Source of the DNA: Ginglymostoma cirratum
Taxonomy: Eukaryota
Direction: 5' to 3'
Assembly: GCA_024137785.1 (NCBI GenBank)
Contig: JAHRHZ010000056.1
Coordinates: forward strand, 17,280,341-17,344,340
DNA: 64,000 nucleotides
Shown: positions 24,871 to 38,007 of the stretch, piece after piece
Position numbering within the stretch: position 1 is the first letter of the stretch
Layout: every line of letters begins with the position of its first letter
Position numbers and translations under genes: made by a program
The notes under the pieces: generated by a model
Databases searched by the model: none
What the model was told of the DNA's origin: nothing
What the model saw: only the letters and a program-made list of their open reading frames with translations

Positions 24871-26917
24871 ACCCAACTCTTATATCATGTCATGGCTGAA
24901 GCATTCCTGATTACCGTTGTGTTATCTCCTTGCTTTCACTGTAAAGTTTGACCCAATGAAATTGTTAAGATTAAATAGCAAAAGCTATATTAACATCATT
25001 GTAATTGACCAGTTAACCATGTTGCAACTGACAAGGTTTCTCTTCCAAGGGAGCTTGTCATACACAACCGAATGCATTGCAGTTGAATGTAAAGATTGGC
25101 TCTGCCATATCAGTATGATGGAAAATTTCTCATGCTTCAACCCCCACCTTCTCTGCTCACTCCCATACATTCAATCACATCAATATTTGCCCAAGCTGCC
25201 ACTGAGAAAGGGGAACATCCATTTGATATGTTGCCTTGATCAAAGTCATCATAAATTCCCTGTGGCACATATTTCTATTTCACAAGAAGAGCATAGAAAT
25301 GATATCAGGTTGTATTTCCAACGCCAACTCAGCTGATTATGTCACACTTAAGCTACTTTCTTTGAGTTCTTTAATAAAGGGCTTTTAGTACTCAGTAAAT
25401 GACCCAGTTCTGGTATGTTAAGCCTGCTTATTCTTTCAAGCAATGCATCGTATAATATTAGGACTAGCTCGATTTAGTGTTTAGAATCCAAAAAAGCAAG
25501 TTATTATACTAATCCAACTCAAGTCAGTTATTTTGAGCCAAAGTTGCTGAATTTTGTTTAACAGCAATATGAAACAAATTCCGACCTGGCAGATTGGTTT
25601 TAATGCAATTGAAGTCTCTTGTTCATGATGCATCAGTGACTGAGGAAAATAGATATGATGTTGGAAGCTCCCAACAAAGGAATAATCTTGACAAGTATCT
25701 TCAGTTCTTGATTGTTTTTACAATTGAAAATCTTCCAGAACAACATTTTCATTGCTTATTGTTGTGCTGAGTCATTAGTACATAGGTTTATGATGCAAAG
25801 TGATGTCAACAGCACGGGTTCAATTCCCTCACTTGCTGAGGTTACCATGAAGAAATCTCCTTCTCAACATCTCCCTCAGGGTGACTCTTGGGTTAAACCA
25901 TCCCCAGTCATCTCTCTAATGAGAGAGGAGCCCTATGGTCTGATGGGACTGTGACGACTTTACCTTTCATACTCCACTTCAAGCATTTTGTGCCATTATT
26001 GCCTCTTCCTGCCCTGCTCCCACATCTCTTAATTACTTTCCCCATGACAGATGCATCAAGCTGTTCTTTAATTGCTATTTCTTTCAACCACTCCATTCTT
26101 TCCACTCTTAAAGATTAACTCCTAAATTATTTCTTTAATCTGTTAGCTGCGATTATATTTACATTGCATCATTCTAGACTCACACATAAATAGAATCAGT
26201 TTTTTAAAATCTATCCTCTTGAACTCCATAAATTTAAAGTGCTGCCTCAGTTCTCCATCAGTAATTATTCATTTCCCCAGAGGAATGATCTCCAACCTCT
26301 TATCCATCTCTGATAGTTGTGTCCTCCAAATTCTACTAACATTCTTGTAAATCTTTTAAATATTTTCTCAAGTTCTTCAATATCCTTTCTGCAGCAATAG
26401 AGACCAGAACTCTGTATAAAACTCCACAGGGGGTCTAAACAAGGTTATTAACAGTACTTTTCCACTTTTGAATTTTATTCTTCTGGAAATAAACATCAGT
26501 ACTTTGGCCATTCTTTGTTATTTCTTTTAACAATTTATGCCGAGGTATCTCAGATCTCTCTGCTCCTTTACCACATTTACCTTCTTACCGGCTAAAGAAC
26601 AAGTAACTCTCTTACTTTCACAGGAGGAGTAAGTTATTTTGTGATAATTAAAAGAATATATTTTCTCTTCAAACCACCAATTCATCTTGCAAGCTGGAAG
26701 AGGCTTTTCTCTTCTTATGTGGTTCTAAGCCTTCTTTCACTCACGTGTGCTGTCATTTTCTATGGAAACAGCATCTTCTAGCGAGCAGCGTCACTCCTTT
26801 TTGCAACAGAACACAAATACATTAAGAAAGACCAGTGCTGGGCTAACACTTCAAAGCTGGGTCGCCAATTTTTAAAATCCATGAAAGAACAGCGACAGTT
26901 GTAATTATCAAGTTGCT

Positions 26918-27475
26918 TGTGACAATCCTGTGGCTTTAAGAGGTATATTTTGTTGTGGTTCTTTTTGAAGACAGGTTTTAAGACAGAAGTACCGAGCAGT
27001 CTGTGCAGTCACTAGACTAAACAGTTTGTGAGGCTGACGTTTTTTTTTAATAACTTGGAACAATAGAAGCAGCCTGAATGGGTGTGGTCAAGCTCTCACA
27101 GAACCAGGATTTTTAGTTTTTTGGTTTCTCAGTAGCAGTTGCTGCTGGGTTCTTGAAGATGTAGAAGCTGTTTTTCCTCTCTTGGTTACAGCTAAAATCT
27201 GGGTGTTCTCTTGCTGCCGGAGTTGCATGTGAGACAATCTGTTTTTCTGAATTCGCCTTTGTCAAGGGGCTGTTTATGGGAAGCCACTATGTTAGTATGG
27301 TTAATTAGTAATAGTCACTGTATCTATTACATGGTTAAACATTTCAATAGAGTTACAGCTGAGCCAATATTTTTTTTTTTTCTTGTATTTTAAGCATAGT
27401 GTATGAATAAAGTGGGTTTTGCCTAGATCAGTCAAATTGCATCTGGAACACAACACCTTCCCTTTAAAATAAGGT
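26918..27475 (+). mobile_element. LTR-like remnant (unclassified)
   Basis: TG start (tgtgacaatc), AATAAA near 27406; no TSD or 3' CA identified. Confidence 0.35.
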
Positions 27476-27479
27476 CTGT

Positions 27480-29160
27480 CGTTTTCCCCAATGATTTTTG
27501 TTTTCTTTGCTCTCAAGCCAATATTTCAGTCAATGTTCCTGCTGAGCCTGAGCTAACTTACCTCCAGGTTTCTTCCTGTAAACTGGCAATATTTTCATTG
27601 GATTGATGATTCAAAATGTAGTTCCACCTGCTTGCTTTATTCCTCTTCCCTTGCTTTGTTCATTTTTGTAAGTTGAACAGAGGTGTCTCCCAAAGATCTG
27701 ATCATCAAGATGGTGTTCTCAAGTTTGGGTTAATCCTGTGTTAGTTCAGACCATTCCTCTTGAACTTTCATTTCTCCCTTTCAAATCAGAGTTGAGATTG
27801 TTGCTCCACTAATTCAAGAGGAAGTGAAATGTTAGTTCTTCTTTCTCATTTAGATTAGCACGTGTTTCCTGAATAGTGTGCTGCAGTTTCTGTCTCTGAT
27901 GTCTTACTGATTCTATGGCCTATTACTAGTCAGAGGTCACACATGTTGGTTTACTGCAATTGTTGATCCAGCAGTCTTTACAATGTAGAACACCTGTGAC
28001 ATTCGGGTGGTTTGACTGTACATTCCAGTATGAATGATCCTGCACATGGAACTAATGAACCCTTACATGCTGTAAGTTTTACCCTTTATAGATATTGTCA
28101 TGGCTTTTCATGTCTGAAAATATTTGTTGTTTAGAATTCACAGTTGTAATATATGGGAACTTGTGCCTATATCAATTTAAGTTAATAATAAAAAGTCATT
28201 AGTTTTCTGAGAACAGTTAATTTGAATTTTTGCCAACAGTTCAGATGGTGTGATGACATTGATATCTTCCATGAGATTGACAGTGTGATACATATACACA
28301 TCACTCTTTGTCACCTCGTGTGTGTTTTCAGATTCTAGTTTGTTGATCATTTCATGTATGTATATCTGGTGAGATGCCAGATGGTCTTTACTGTATATTG
28401 AAGATAGTCCTTGCGCATGGTCTGTTTGGGTTGGTACATGGCTTTTTGTAGCTGCATCAGCCTTTTCTCGAGTGTACTGCCTCTGCCAATGTCTTTTCTG
28501 CCACATATCTTGCAAAATTGATCAAAAGCTGGGCGCTTCCATGGTGCATGCAAAAGTCCACAACTTCCACATGTTGCTACGTTTGAGAGTTCCAGTGATT
28601 GTGTCAAGCATTGGGTTTGTACTTAGTGATTTGTAAGCTTTGTCCTGAGAGGATTGCTTCACATTTGTGTTCATGCTTTACTAGCCCTTTTGATATTATA
28701 ACGATTCAGTTTTACTGGCAAATCTTTCTGAAATGCATCCATTGGAATGGATGTGATCACCAATTTGCCAATTCTGCTTGCTAGCTCGCCATCTAAAAGA
28801 TCACATCATGACTTTTCTTGCATCTGCTCACTAAAGTGGACAATGGATTCTGTAGCCTTCTGTCTAAATGACATGAGTTTTAGTAAATTAATGTGGAAAC
28901 CTAATCTGATTCTGAATTGATCTTCTAATGTGGTCCATATCTTCTGGGGTGTCTTAACTCTTCAGCCGTTAATCCTGACGTATTAGAAGTTTGGAGACTT
29001 TCGTTGTTGATTGGTAGGCAAATCTTAATAGTTTGTTTACTTTCAGTACTGGACACAAGTGAACTTAGACACCATGGATCTATACTAAATTGAAACATTT
29101 TAAATTCTTTCAGGCGGTCTGCTGTGTCCCAATATAAACCAGGGAATTTAGTGGGCATTA
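27480..29160 (-). mobile_element. Decayed Gypsy LTR-retrotransposon internal region (gag-protease)
   Basis: gag N-terminus FPGLYWD..KQTIKICL..NTSGLTAEE (28925-29158); zinc knuckle CGSCGLLH..PAFDQFCKICGRKD; degenerate protease motif (..IDIGTSSHIL) near 28175; left boundary uncertain. Confidence 0.7.
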
Positions 29161-29169
29161 CAAGGATAC

Positions 29170-30020
29170 AAATGCAAGTGAGATAATGAAAATGGGATAC
29201 TGATGATAGGGAGACAGTTGCTGATGGGCATGACTTCTGCAGGCTGGCTGTTTTGAATGGCTTTGGAAGAGGTGAGCAGAAATGAAAAGTTCAGCTGGTT
29301 GAAAAAAGAGCCCAGAGAAAACAGAGGGCAATGAACCATAGATGCTATCAGCCCACTGTGTTTCTCTTCAACAAATGTGGCAAAGGCTGAGATGTTAGAC
29401 ACTGGATTGACCGTGGAGATGCATCAGCCTCACTATCATTCTTGACTTTCCTGCTTGACAAACTTGAGGACAAATCGGATTAATAGTGAAGGGTGAGTGG
29501 GGTCTACTGCAGACAAAGTCATAGAAAGCAGAGTTTTGGAGGAGCTGAAATTTATGAAGAGTGGAGGTAATATGCCCACCATGGATTATTGTCATGGTCA
29601 TATCACGAGGTTACAAAAGGCTTGGATAAGAGTTTCCACACAGGTGGGTTGTGGTAGTGTCAGAGGTGGGTGATATTATTGAGATGGAAGTGGATGGCTG
29701 TTGTTGAGGAGGGGATAATATGGTTTTGAATTTCAACTTAAGATCATATGAATGCTAAAGCCCTAAACAATCTAGTTCAGCCTGTTTTTTTTTTTTGTGT
29801 CATAGCTACATTAGGAAGCAGTAGGTCGATAGGCAATTCTGAGAAGTCCAAGACTGGTACAAGAGAAAGCTGTAGCCAGTGAGAGCTAGCAGCAGGAAAG
29901 TAGGAAGGCAGGGAGAGAATACTGTTGGGCTGGAAAGGATCTGGAAGTTAAGGTACTGAAGAGGAATTAATGAAATGTGGCATGGTGGGAGATGAGAAGA
30001 AGACATGGGAGAGTAACAAT
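29170..30020 (-). mobile_element. Decayed L2-type LINE fragments
   Basis: minus ORF 29395-29601 STLHKFQLLQNSA..RPHSPFT resembles the L2 ORF2 C-terminal LQLxQNxAAR..HITP motif. Confidence 0.5.
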
Positions 30021-33000
30021 CAAAAAGGTGAGCATAAAGAAGAACTCCCTTACTTTTTATAACAATCTCTTGATCAATTTGATATTTGGTACACTCACTA
30101 CCTTATTACAGTAAAATTCAACAATTATTAACTAACTAACTTGGCTAAATCAACAAGTGCACCAATCACTAGAGTACACCACGAAGCAAAGCTTAAATTC
30201 AAACAAAGGTCTTTTCTTCTTCACAAGTCTGTATCTGCTGATTTAGTGGGTAAAGATATGTCAGTCAGTATTTGGCTGTCTCAATTTTCAACTCTCCGTT
30301 GTATTCTGTCATCTTTTCCTGTCTCAATTGATGTCTGCTTGTCTCGTTCTCTTTGTTTATGGAGAGCATCAGTGATCTAATGAATACATTCCCATATTGA
30401 TCTTTGGCTAATGATCCATGACTGCCTGAGATGACCTTGTGTTGTAGAGGGTGAGGATAGTGATGACCTTCGTAATCCCAGAGACAGCAATGAGGACAAA
30501 TAGCTGTGGCTTCAGGCCTTTCAGCAAGGATGACTGTAATGCTCTTCTGAAGCAAGTCTCTTCAAAGGGGTCCTGACATGACTTGTGCTGTCAAGTGTAT
30601 CCTTAACGAGAAGGAGTAGGTGGTACCTTCCTTTCCTTAGTTTGAACTAGTTTTGATGTTTCTCCTCCTCCTTTACAATATTAAACATAGGTTTGATCAT
30701 AGGGCGAAACCTTACCTACAATACAATAGCTGTAGATGGAAGTCAACAAATCTGGATTCTTGGCATTTGCCATAAATTGGAATGCCCTCCATTTTAAAAC
30801 GAAAATCTGCTTCTGGATATCACAATATCACATGTTTTACTGTAGTCTATTTATGATCATGTTTCAGCAGAAGGCATTTGGAAGTTGTGCATCATTTTAC
30901 AACTACGAGGTTTATAATATGTCTTGAGATTGTGTCTTTAACTTGAAGTAAAATGAAGGGAAGTGACCTGTTCTGAAATGTGGCTGAGACTAAGCCTGGA
31001 TGATTTGATTGTTAGAAATTGAAGGTAGCTGAATTCGTTTTACTAGGAAATAGGTACAGGGTGTTTACATTTGGTGTGCATCCTCTGTGCTAACTGTGGA
31101 TAGAATAAGAATCCTCAAGGTCACAGAAAATTGTTACGAATGTCAGGTTGCAAGTAGTTATGCCTTACGCTGTCCATTTAGTTTCAAGCAAAGAGAATTG
31201 GACTCTCAATGATAGCTAATCAATATTTCTACTTGGATATAAGGCCCATGTGTTTCATGTTGACTTGGAGATGGGCCTTGAGAGGGGAATAGTCTAGAAT
31301 ATTCCTGAATCTCTCAGAAAACAGGAGTCTGTCAGAATTTTAAAAAAGGGAGAACTGCTATTTGAAGCAAGATGCTGTCATTCAACAAGCAGAAATGTGA
31401 ATGGGAGCACACACTGATATTTAAAAGACTGAATAAATGGGGATTAAGATGTACAAGCCAGGTACTAGAGGAAGCATTTTGAGGGGGCGTATGGTCAGGA
31501 ACCTCACTGTGAAAGACAGTTCTAAGGTTAAAAGTTCCCAGGCAGAGAAGGAAAAAGAACAGAGGTAAACCACTTTATGCTTAAAAATTACCTTGGGCTG
31601 GTTTCAGGAGGACTGAATATCTTGATAAAGGATAGCAGAAGATATATCTGTGAAGTGTGTTTAAGGTTGTGCTAAAAGAAAGAGGAATGTTGTGTTTTAT
31701 TGGTTTACTGTATAAATTGCCTACATAAATATTGTTTAGTCAATAGTGTTTTAGATTTTTGTTACATAAAAATCCTCAAATGTGGCATCTTTCCAATTGT
31801 TAAGTGAAAGTTTTGTAATTTTTTTTAGAAGTTATTGATCATCAGGAAGATTATAATAACCTTTACTTAAAGCACAGCACTAGTTCTGTCTCACCTATTT
31901 ACAAAATGTCAACTTTTCTCTATATACATACCTATAAATAAAATGCTTGAGCCGAAAATTCCTCCCTTGGGTGCCATCAATAATCCAGATGCAAATTTTC
32001 TTCATTTTTCCAAAGCTTCACTTAAACTTACTTTTTATGTCCTCAAACATAAAATCTGCCTTGACCACTGCAATTAGGTAGTGATTTAGAAAGTTTTTTT
32101 TGTAATTGAATTAAAAATATTGATATATTTAAATGATAGCCCAGTGTACATTTATTAATACAATGGGTCACAAAAACAAAGTTATTTATAACGTGGCCAG
32201 TCGCATGAGTAACCTGATTTTAAATAACAGAGAATTAGTTTAAAATAATTCTATAGGACCGTTTACTAAATATGTTGGTTCAAAATAGTCATTTTCTTAA
32301 AATTATACATTTACGAATTTAAAACTTGTCTGTTAGTGCCTGTCTGTCTAAAATTATTTTTAAGAAGCCCCTTGAGGATCCATGAGTGAATAGAATTAGG
32401 GGGTTTGTAATGGTGATTAATTCACTCGGAGAATGGGGCTAGTTTTGTGGTTTGAATCAGCTTCTGGCACTAAGTTTATTTTTTTAACAAAATACCGCAA
32501 AAGATAACAAATTTGTTTTACGTTGATGATACTTTGCACTTAAAATTCAGTAACTCCAATTTCAGTGAGGGAAGCAGCACACACCAGCAGAAAGATTTAG
32601 CCTTCGGCACAAGCTGACTTGCTGTTTAATTATGTAATAATAACTGCACTTTAAAAAGGCTAACTCACCTGAAACACTTTGAGACCTTCCTAAGATATAT
32701 GCCTTTTGTAAAAATGCTTTTCTTTCTTGGTAAGATACAGATTGACTTGAGAACATATTACAATCCTGCAGCTGGAAAATAGTACCCATTTTACATTAAC
32801 CCTATATAGTAACATAGTCCCAACCATAACTTAGAATGACTTGATCTCCCATGATATTGCTCAAAGTTACCAAAGGAATCTTCTTTAGATCTGCATCTAT
32901 CAAATTAGGTGCTAAGCCAATTATTGCAAAATACTTTCCGCTCCCGTTAGTCAGCTTACAATCAATGAACTATGGCAACAGCAAGGATGTTAATGGGGTA

Positions 33001-33505
33001 AATAAATACAGGCCTAAAGTAAAGGGAAGAGCTTACAATTTTTTTTTATTAAAGTGTTAGAGACTGTTTCCTTTGGTTTCTTCCCAGATAAAGGGGATAA
33101 AACTGAGGTGCAAACAAATGAAAATAAAATTGTGACAATTCTGCAATTCTGCACTGGCCTCATCAGATCAAACCAACATTCTTCCCAATTACTTACTTGG
33201 AAGACAGAGCTCTCAAATAACTGGTTTCCTTATGATTTATAGAACTGTAATTACACATTGAAGGTCATGGCAATAAGAAGGAATTGTAACCAATTTGTTT
33301 CAGTTAAAGGCTAGGTTATTGATCATATCATTTTTGTTTACCTGAACAGCTTTCTTTTAAAAAGAATTTCCCAAAATAATAACTACTTGGAGCTGCAAGA
33401 CAAAAGTATGGCACTTCTAAATAAAATGCTGGGCAAACTGACAAATGTCCCTGGAAGAATGCATAACTTATAGGCATGACAAAAAAAAATTGTGCTGAAT
33501 TTATG

Positions 33506-34026
33506 ATAACAAGGTGTGGAGCTGGATGAACACAGCAGACCAAGCAGCNNNNNNNNNNNNNNNNNNNNNNNNNNNNNNNNNNNNNNNNNNNNNNNNNNNN
33601 NNNNNNNNNNNNNNNNNNNNNNNNNNNNNNNNNNNNNNNNNNNNNNNNNNNNNNNNNNNNNNNNNNNNNNNNNNNNNNNNNNNNNNNNNNNNNNNNNNNN
33701 NNNNNNNNNNNNNNNNNNNNNNNNNNNNNNNNNNNNNNNNNNNNNNNNNNNNNNNNNNNNNNNNNNNNNNNNNNNNNNNNNNNNNNNNNNNNNNNNNNNN
33801 NNNNNNNNNNNNNNNNNNNNNNNNNNNNNNNNNNNNNNNNNNNNNNNNNNNNNNNNNNNNNNNNNNNNNNNNNNNNNNNNNNNNNNNNNNNNNNNNNNNN
33901 NNNNNNNNNNNNNNNNNNNNNNNNNNNNNNNNNNNNNNNNNNNNNNNNTGTCCTGCTGTGTTCATCCAGCTCCACACCTTGTTATCTCGGATTCTCCAGC
34001 ATCTGCAGTACCTTTTACCTCTGTAT
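33506..34026. mobile_element. Fold-back Penelope terminal element spanning a 400-N gap (33549-33948), 10-bp TSD
   Basis: gataacaaggtgtggagctggatgaacacagcag and ctgctgtgttcatccagctccacaccttgttatc are inverted; TSD tgaatttatg at 33496-33505 and 34027-34036. Confidence 0.8.
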
Positions 34027-35039
34027 TGAATTTATGCTGTAATGGAGAAGAAAATAACTATGAACTGTTGTGTTTTGATGTCTTTTACAAAATATTGTCA
34101 GTAAATCACCTATAAAATAAAGTAGCTTAAGGTGCATAGAATTGAGACAGTTTAACCAATCATGGTTCTTTTTACTTTTTTGAAAAAAAACTCATAATAA
34201 CACAAGAACAGCAATTTGTTGTCTCAGCTATAATATAAACAAATGCAACCATAAAACCTATTCATGAATCAAAGGAATTATGTAGAATTGTTACATAGCA
34301 ACACCACTCCAATTTTATTTAAAGCGTGATCATTTTTTTGTCCGAACAAACAGTTGAAACTGTAGGGTACAGCAGAGAGATTAGTATTTTATATTCACAA
34401 TAGAACATGGCTCTAACTCCTCTAAATTTGATTTTTTTTTTAGACTTTTTTCATGTTAATGCAATCCAACTGGAAATCAAACTGAAATGTTGAGGATCTA
34501 CATGCTAGACCAGGGCCACTTGTTGCTGATGCACAGACTGGGGGCATCATATCTGTTTTGGATATAGCCAATGATCTGGGCACACTCAGAATCATGCTAG
34601 TTTTTCAAAGTGAATTTGTAGCTTAGATTTACACTCTGCATCATTAGTATCACTCAAACATTGACATCTTCCATGAATTAATATAATTAGAGTTTTAGAT
34701 GTAATTTTAATTTTTGTTACATCTTAAAAATATTCCTTGTATTTAAGAATGAAAACCTGGTGCTGTTTTATCAATGCAGACCAAGTATTGTTTACTACAA
34801 AAATTATGTTTAATAAGTGTCTATTTGGCAAGCACTCAGTAACCTCACTTTAAGGAACTAAAAATAAATTTTTGTGTGTTAAATGTGATTGTAGATTAAA
34901 TTGCAAATTGCAAGAGCCACAATTAGAATTTGCTCCCACTTTAAATAAAAAAAAGAACAAAAATAACTAAATGTAAACCTTATTATAGCTTTCTGGATTA
35001 TTGGGTAATATAGCTATTGTTTTCAATGTCCACTCTATA

Positions 35040-35740
35040 CTCCATTTCTAATTGTCGGTTTCATCCCTCTCCCCGGCAGCTGTTTAACAACCTTCAAGTC
35101 ACGTTTGGCTACAAATATCAGCATTAAGACTGCATGCTTCCACTTCCATAACACTGCTCAACTTTAGACCCTGCCTCAGCTCATCTGCTGCTAAAACAAA
35201 ACACTCATTGATGACTATTTCAGTACACCCCTGGCTAGTCTCCAACATGCTACCATTCATAAATGTGAGCTTATCCAAAACGATGCTGCTTGTTTCTTGA
35301 TTCACACCAAGTACAATTCATCTATCATACATACCACATGTGTTAACTTACATTTAGTTAGCTTGTGGGCAAGCAATGCCTTAACTTTAAAATTCTCATT
35401 CTTGTTTTCAAATCTCTCCAAAGCTTCACTCTTTCTTATCTCTATAGCTCTCTGTCCAAGAATTCTTCAAGGCAGGTATTTTCATCAACTTGTACACAGA
35501 TGTGGTGACACACCTCTGGAATAAGTGGGACTTGAACCTGGGCCTGCTGGTTCAAAGGTAGGGATATTACCAATATGCCACAAGCATCCAATCATTAAAG
35601 ACACCTCGGATCCTATAATCCTGGCCTCTTGAGCATTCCTGTTTTTAATTTCTGCACCATTAGTGGCTGCCTCTGCCTCTGGCCTAAACTCTGGAGTTCC
35701 CTTCCTACACTTATTCACCTCTTTACCTCACTTCCTCCTT
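35040..35740 (+). mobile_element. Decayed L2-type LINE 3' fragment with a short SINE inserted (~35480-35585, minus)
   Basis: atccaaaacgatgctgct..cacaccaag..tctatca (IQNxAA-like); ctctggagttcccttcct. Confidence 0.5.
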
Positions 35741-36350
35741 CATAAACTGATATCAGATGAAATCAAAATCATTGTGTGTCTAATTAGGCAGAGGCAGCAA
35801 AGGACTTCCAGAGATTTATAAAGGTTTTATTGAAAATCTCGAGTGTACTGCAAATATTAGCTTCCACTTTTCCCTGTGCAGGAACTAATACCCACTGAGG
35901 GAAAAACTCTGTTCTTAAATACAAAAGTGTAATGACTATTACCTGCTGTCAATGGTACAGTGGTAGTGTTCCTACCTCTGAACCAGGAGACCTGGGTTCA
36001 AATTTCGCCTGCTCCAGAGGCAACATCTTTGAACTGGTTGATTCAGAAAATATCTATTTAAGCCTTAAAGGATCCTGCATTTCTGATTATGACACAAGAC
36101 TACTTAAAATCCTCCTGCTTGACCAAACTTTTGATTATCTGACCTAATAGTTCACATGGCTTAATGTCAGACCTTTATAATGCTCCTGTGAAGTAACCTG
36201 GGCTATATAATTTATATATGTAAAAAATATATAAAGCCCGCTGCATTTTTAAATTTGTAATATTTACTGTGTTTTGAGCTAGATTAAATTTCAGAACTTG
36301 AAAAATTTTTAAGGCTTAAAATTTTTAAAATCACAGATTAGGTGGGAAAG

Positions 36351-36581
36351 TGTAATGTTTAGAGTGAGGGCCTAGTAGATCTCATTGACTATGAGATCCT
36401 TGATTGAGGGTGTAACCTGGACCAATCAGGGAGCTCTGGCTGATGGGTATAAACAGGAAATTCAGAGAGTCTCCTCATTCCAGGGTCTGGCTTTGAGCTG
36501 GCTAGTTACAGCCCATGTATTTTGCACAAGTAAATAAGGGTGACTTTGTGATCGGATACCAGGCTATGTGCAGTCATTTCA
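36351..36581 (+). mobile_element. Solo LTR of the Gypsy family seen at 44353-44580, with 5-bp TSD
   Basis: TG..CA termini (tgtaatg..atttca); gaaag at 36346-36350 and 36582-36586; similar to the reverse complement of 44353-44580. Confidence 0.85.
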
Positions 36582-37275
36582 GAAAGGCAATCAAGAAAGA
36601 TTTGTCACAAAAATATGTTTGCTTTGTTAATTTTTGCCTCTGCTATGTCCCTTGTACTAAAATGTTGATACTGCTCACTTGCCAGAAACAGTTACAAGAG
36701 GACTGGATGATGATATGTTGGCAGAACAATGTACCGTTGTTTCAATGTGCCAGACCAGTTAAAAATTGCTGAAAATAATGTGACATGTGGTTGCAGTTTG
36801 ATAGTATCAGAATCAACCGTTTTATTGATTGGGCTATTACCCCAGGTCTTTTCTCTTTACTCAGATGCATGTGAATGATTCCTTGACACAATTTGAAGAG
36901 CAAGGATATTTACCAGGAAAATATTTATCTATCAACCAACAAGACCAAACAGATTGACCTATTGCTTGTGCAAATTAGCTCCCTAGGTTTGTTTGCAATA
37001 AACAATACTAAAGCGTACTTAAACATAAATTTATTGCCTGCAAACAACACTGGAACTTCCATAGTAGGAAAATGGCACTGCCTAAATTCAAGGTCTTCAT
37101 TGTTTCTTGCATTTGTTTCATAATCAAGGTCAGTAAATGAGCACCATGACCCAGCATCACTGACACAACACATGATAATAGTCTTTTGACATTCTCTTAA
37201 CATATTTAATGCAGTCTTTTTTATTTGTTTTGCAGAAGCATTTTACCTGTTATCTGGTAACTCTACACAGTAATA

Positions 37276-38007
37276 ATGAAAAAGTTTCTGATTGTATTTG
37301 ATTTTGATGAAACCATCATTCAACACAACTCTGATCATGTCATCCTGAAATGTAATCCTGACCAACATCTTCCAGAAGAATTGCTGCAACCCCCTGAGGA
37401 TGGACATTGGACTGAGTATACGAGCAAGATCCTCCAGTACCTGTGTGAAAAGGGTGTCAAGGAAGAAACCATGAGAAAGATTCTAGCTGAAACCCCACTA
37501 ACTAAAGAGATGTTAACCCTATTTCAGTTTCTAAGAGAGTCTTCAGATTTATTTGAATGCATTATTATCTCTGATGCCAACACCTTTTTTATCAATAGCA
37601 TTCTTCAAGCAAATGACCTAAGCAATGTATTCCAGAAAATATACACAAATCCTGCATGCCGTGACAACAAAAATACGTTTGTGATAAATCCTTACCATTC
37701 CCACATGTGTCAAGAGTGCCCCATCAACATGTGCAAGAGACAGATCTTGCACGATCACTTGGTAGAACGCAGTGATGAGGAAGTTGAATTTGAGAAGATC
37801 TTCTATGTTGGCGATGGCAACAATGACTTCTGCCCTTCCATAGTCTTGACAGCAACAGATGTTGTCTTTCCAAGGAAGAACTATCCTTTGCATCGGTTGG
37901 TCTCTGGGATCAAAATGACGGAACCCTCTGCATTTCAAGCTGAAGTGGTTCCATGGGAGTCTGCAGAAGATATATTGCTTTTCCTTCAAGATTGCACAGG
38001 GAAATAG
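37276..38007 (+). CDS. PHOSPHO1: HAD-superfamily phosphoethanolamine/phosphocholine phosphatase, PHOSPHO1-like (243 aa, single coding exon)
   Basis: motif I FDFDET, NSD, IISDANT, HSHxCxxCPxNMCK, motif IV YVGDGNNDFCP, FPRKNYPLHRL, EPSAFQAEVVPWESA; acceptor ttgttttgcag ending 37235; in-frame TAA upstream of the ATG. Family is clear; PHOSPHO1 versus PHOSPHO2 orthology is less certain. Confidence 0.9.
   Translation: MKKFLIVFDFDETIIQHNSDHVILKCNPDQHLPEELLQPPEDGHWTEYTSKILQYLCEKGVKEETMRKILAETPLTKEMLTLFQFLRESSDLFECIIISDANTFFINSILQANDLSNVFQKIYTNPACRDNKNTFVINPYHSHMCQECPINMCKRQILHDHLVERSDEEVEFEKIFYVGDGNNDFCPSIVLTATDVVFPRKNYPLHRLVSGIKMTEPSAFQAEVVPWESAEDILLFLQDCTGK

Noticed and set aside
30040-31860. Two possible LTR-like tracts
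   Set aside because: No TSD, paired LTR or coding remnant could be pinned down
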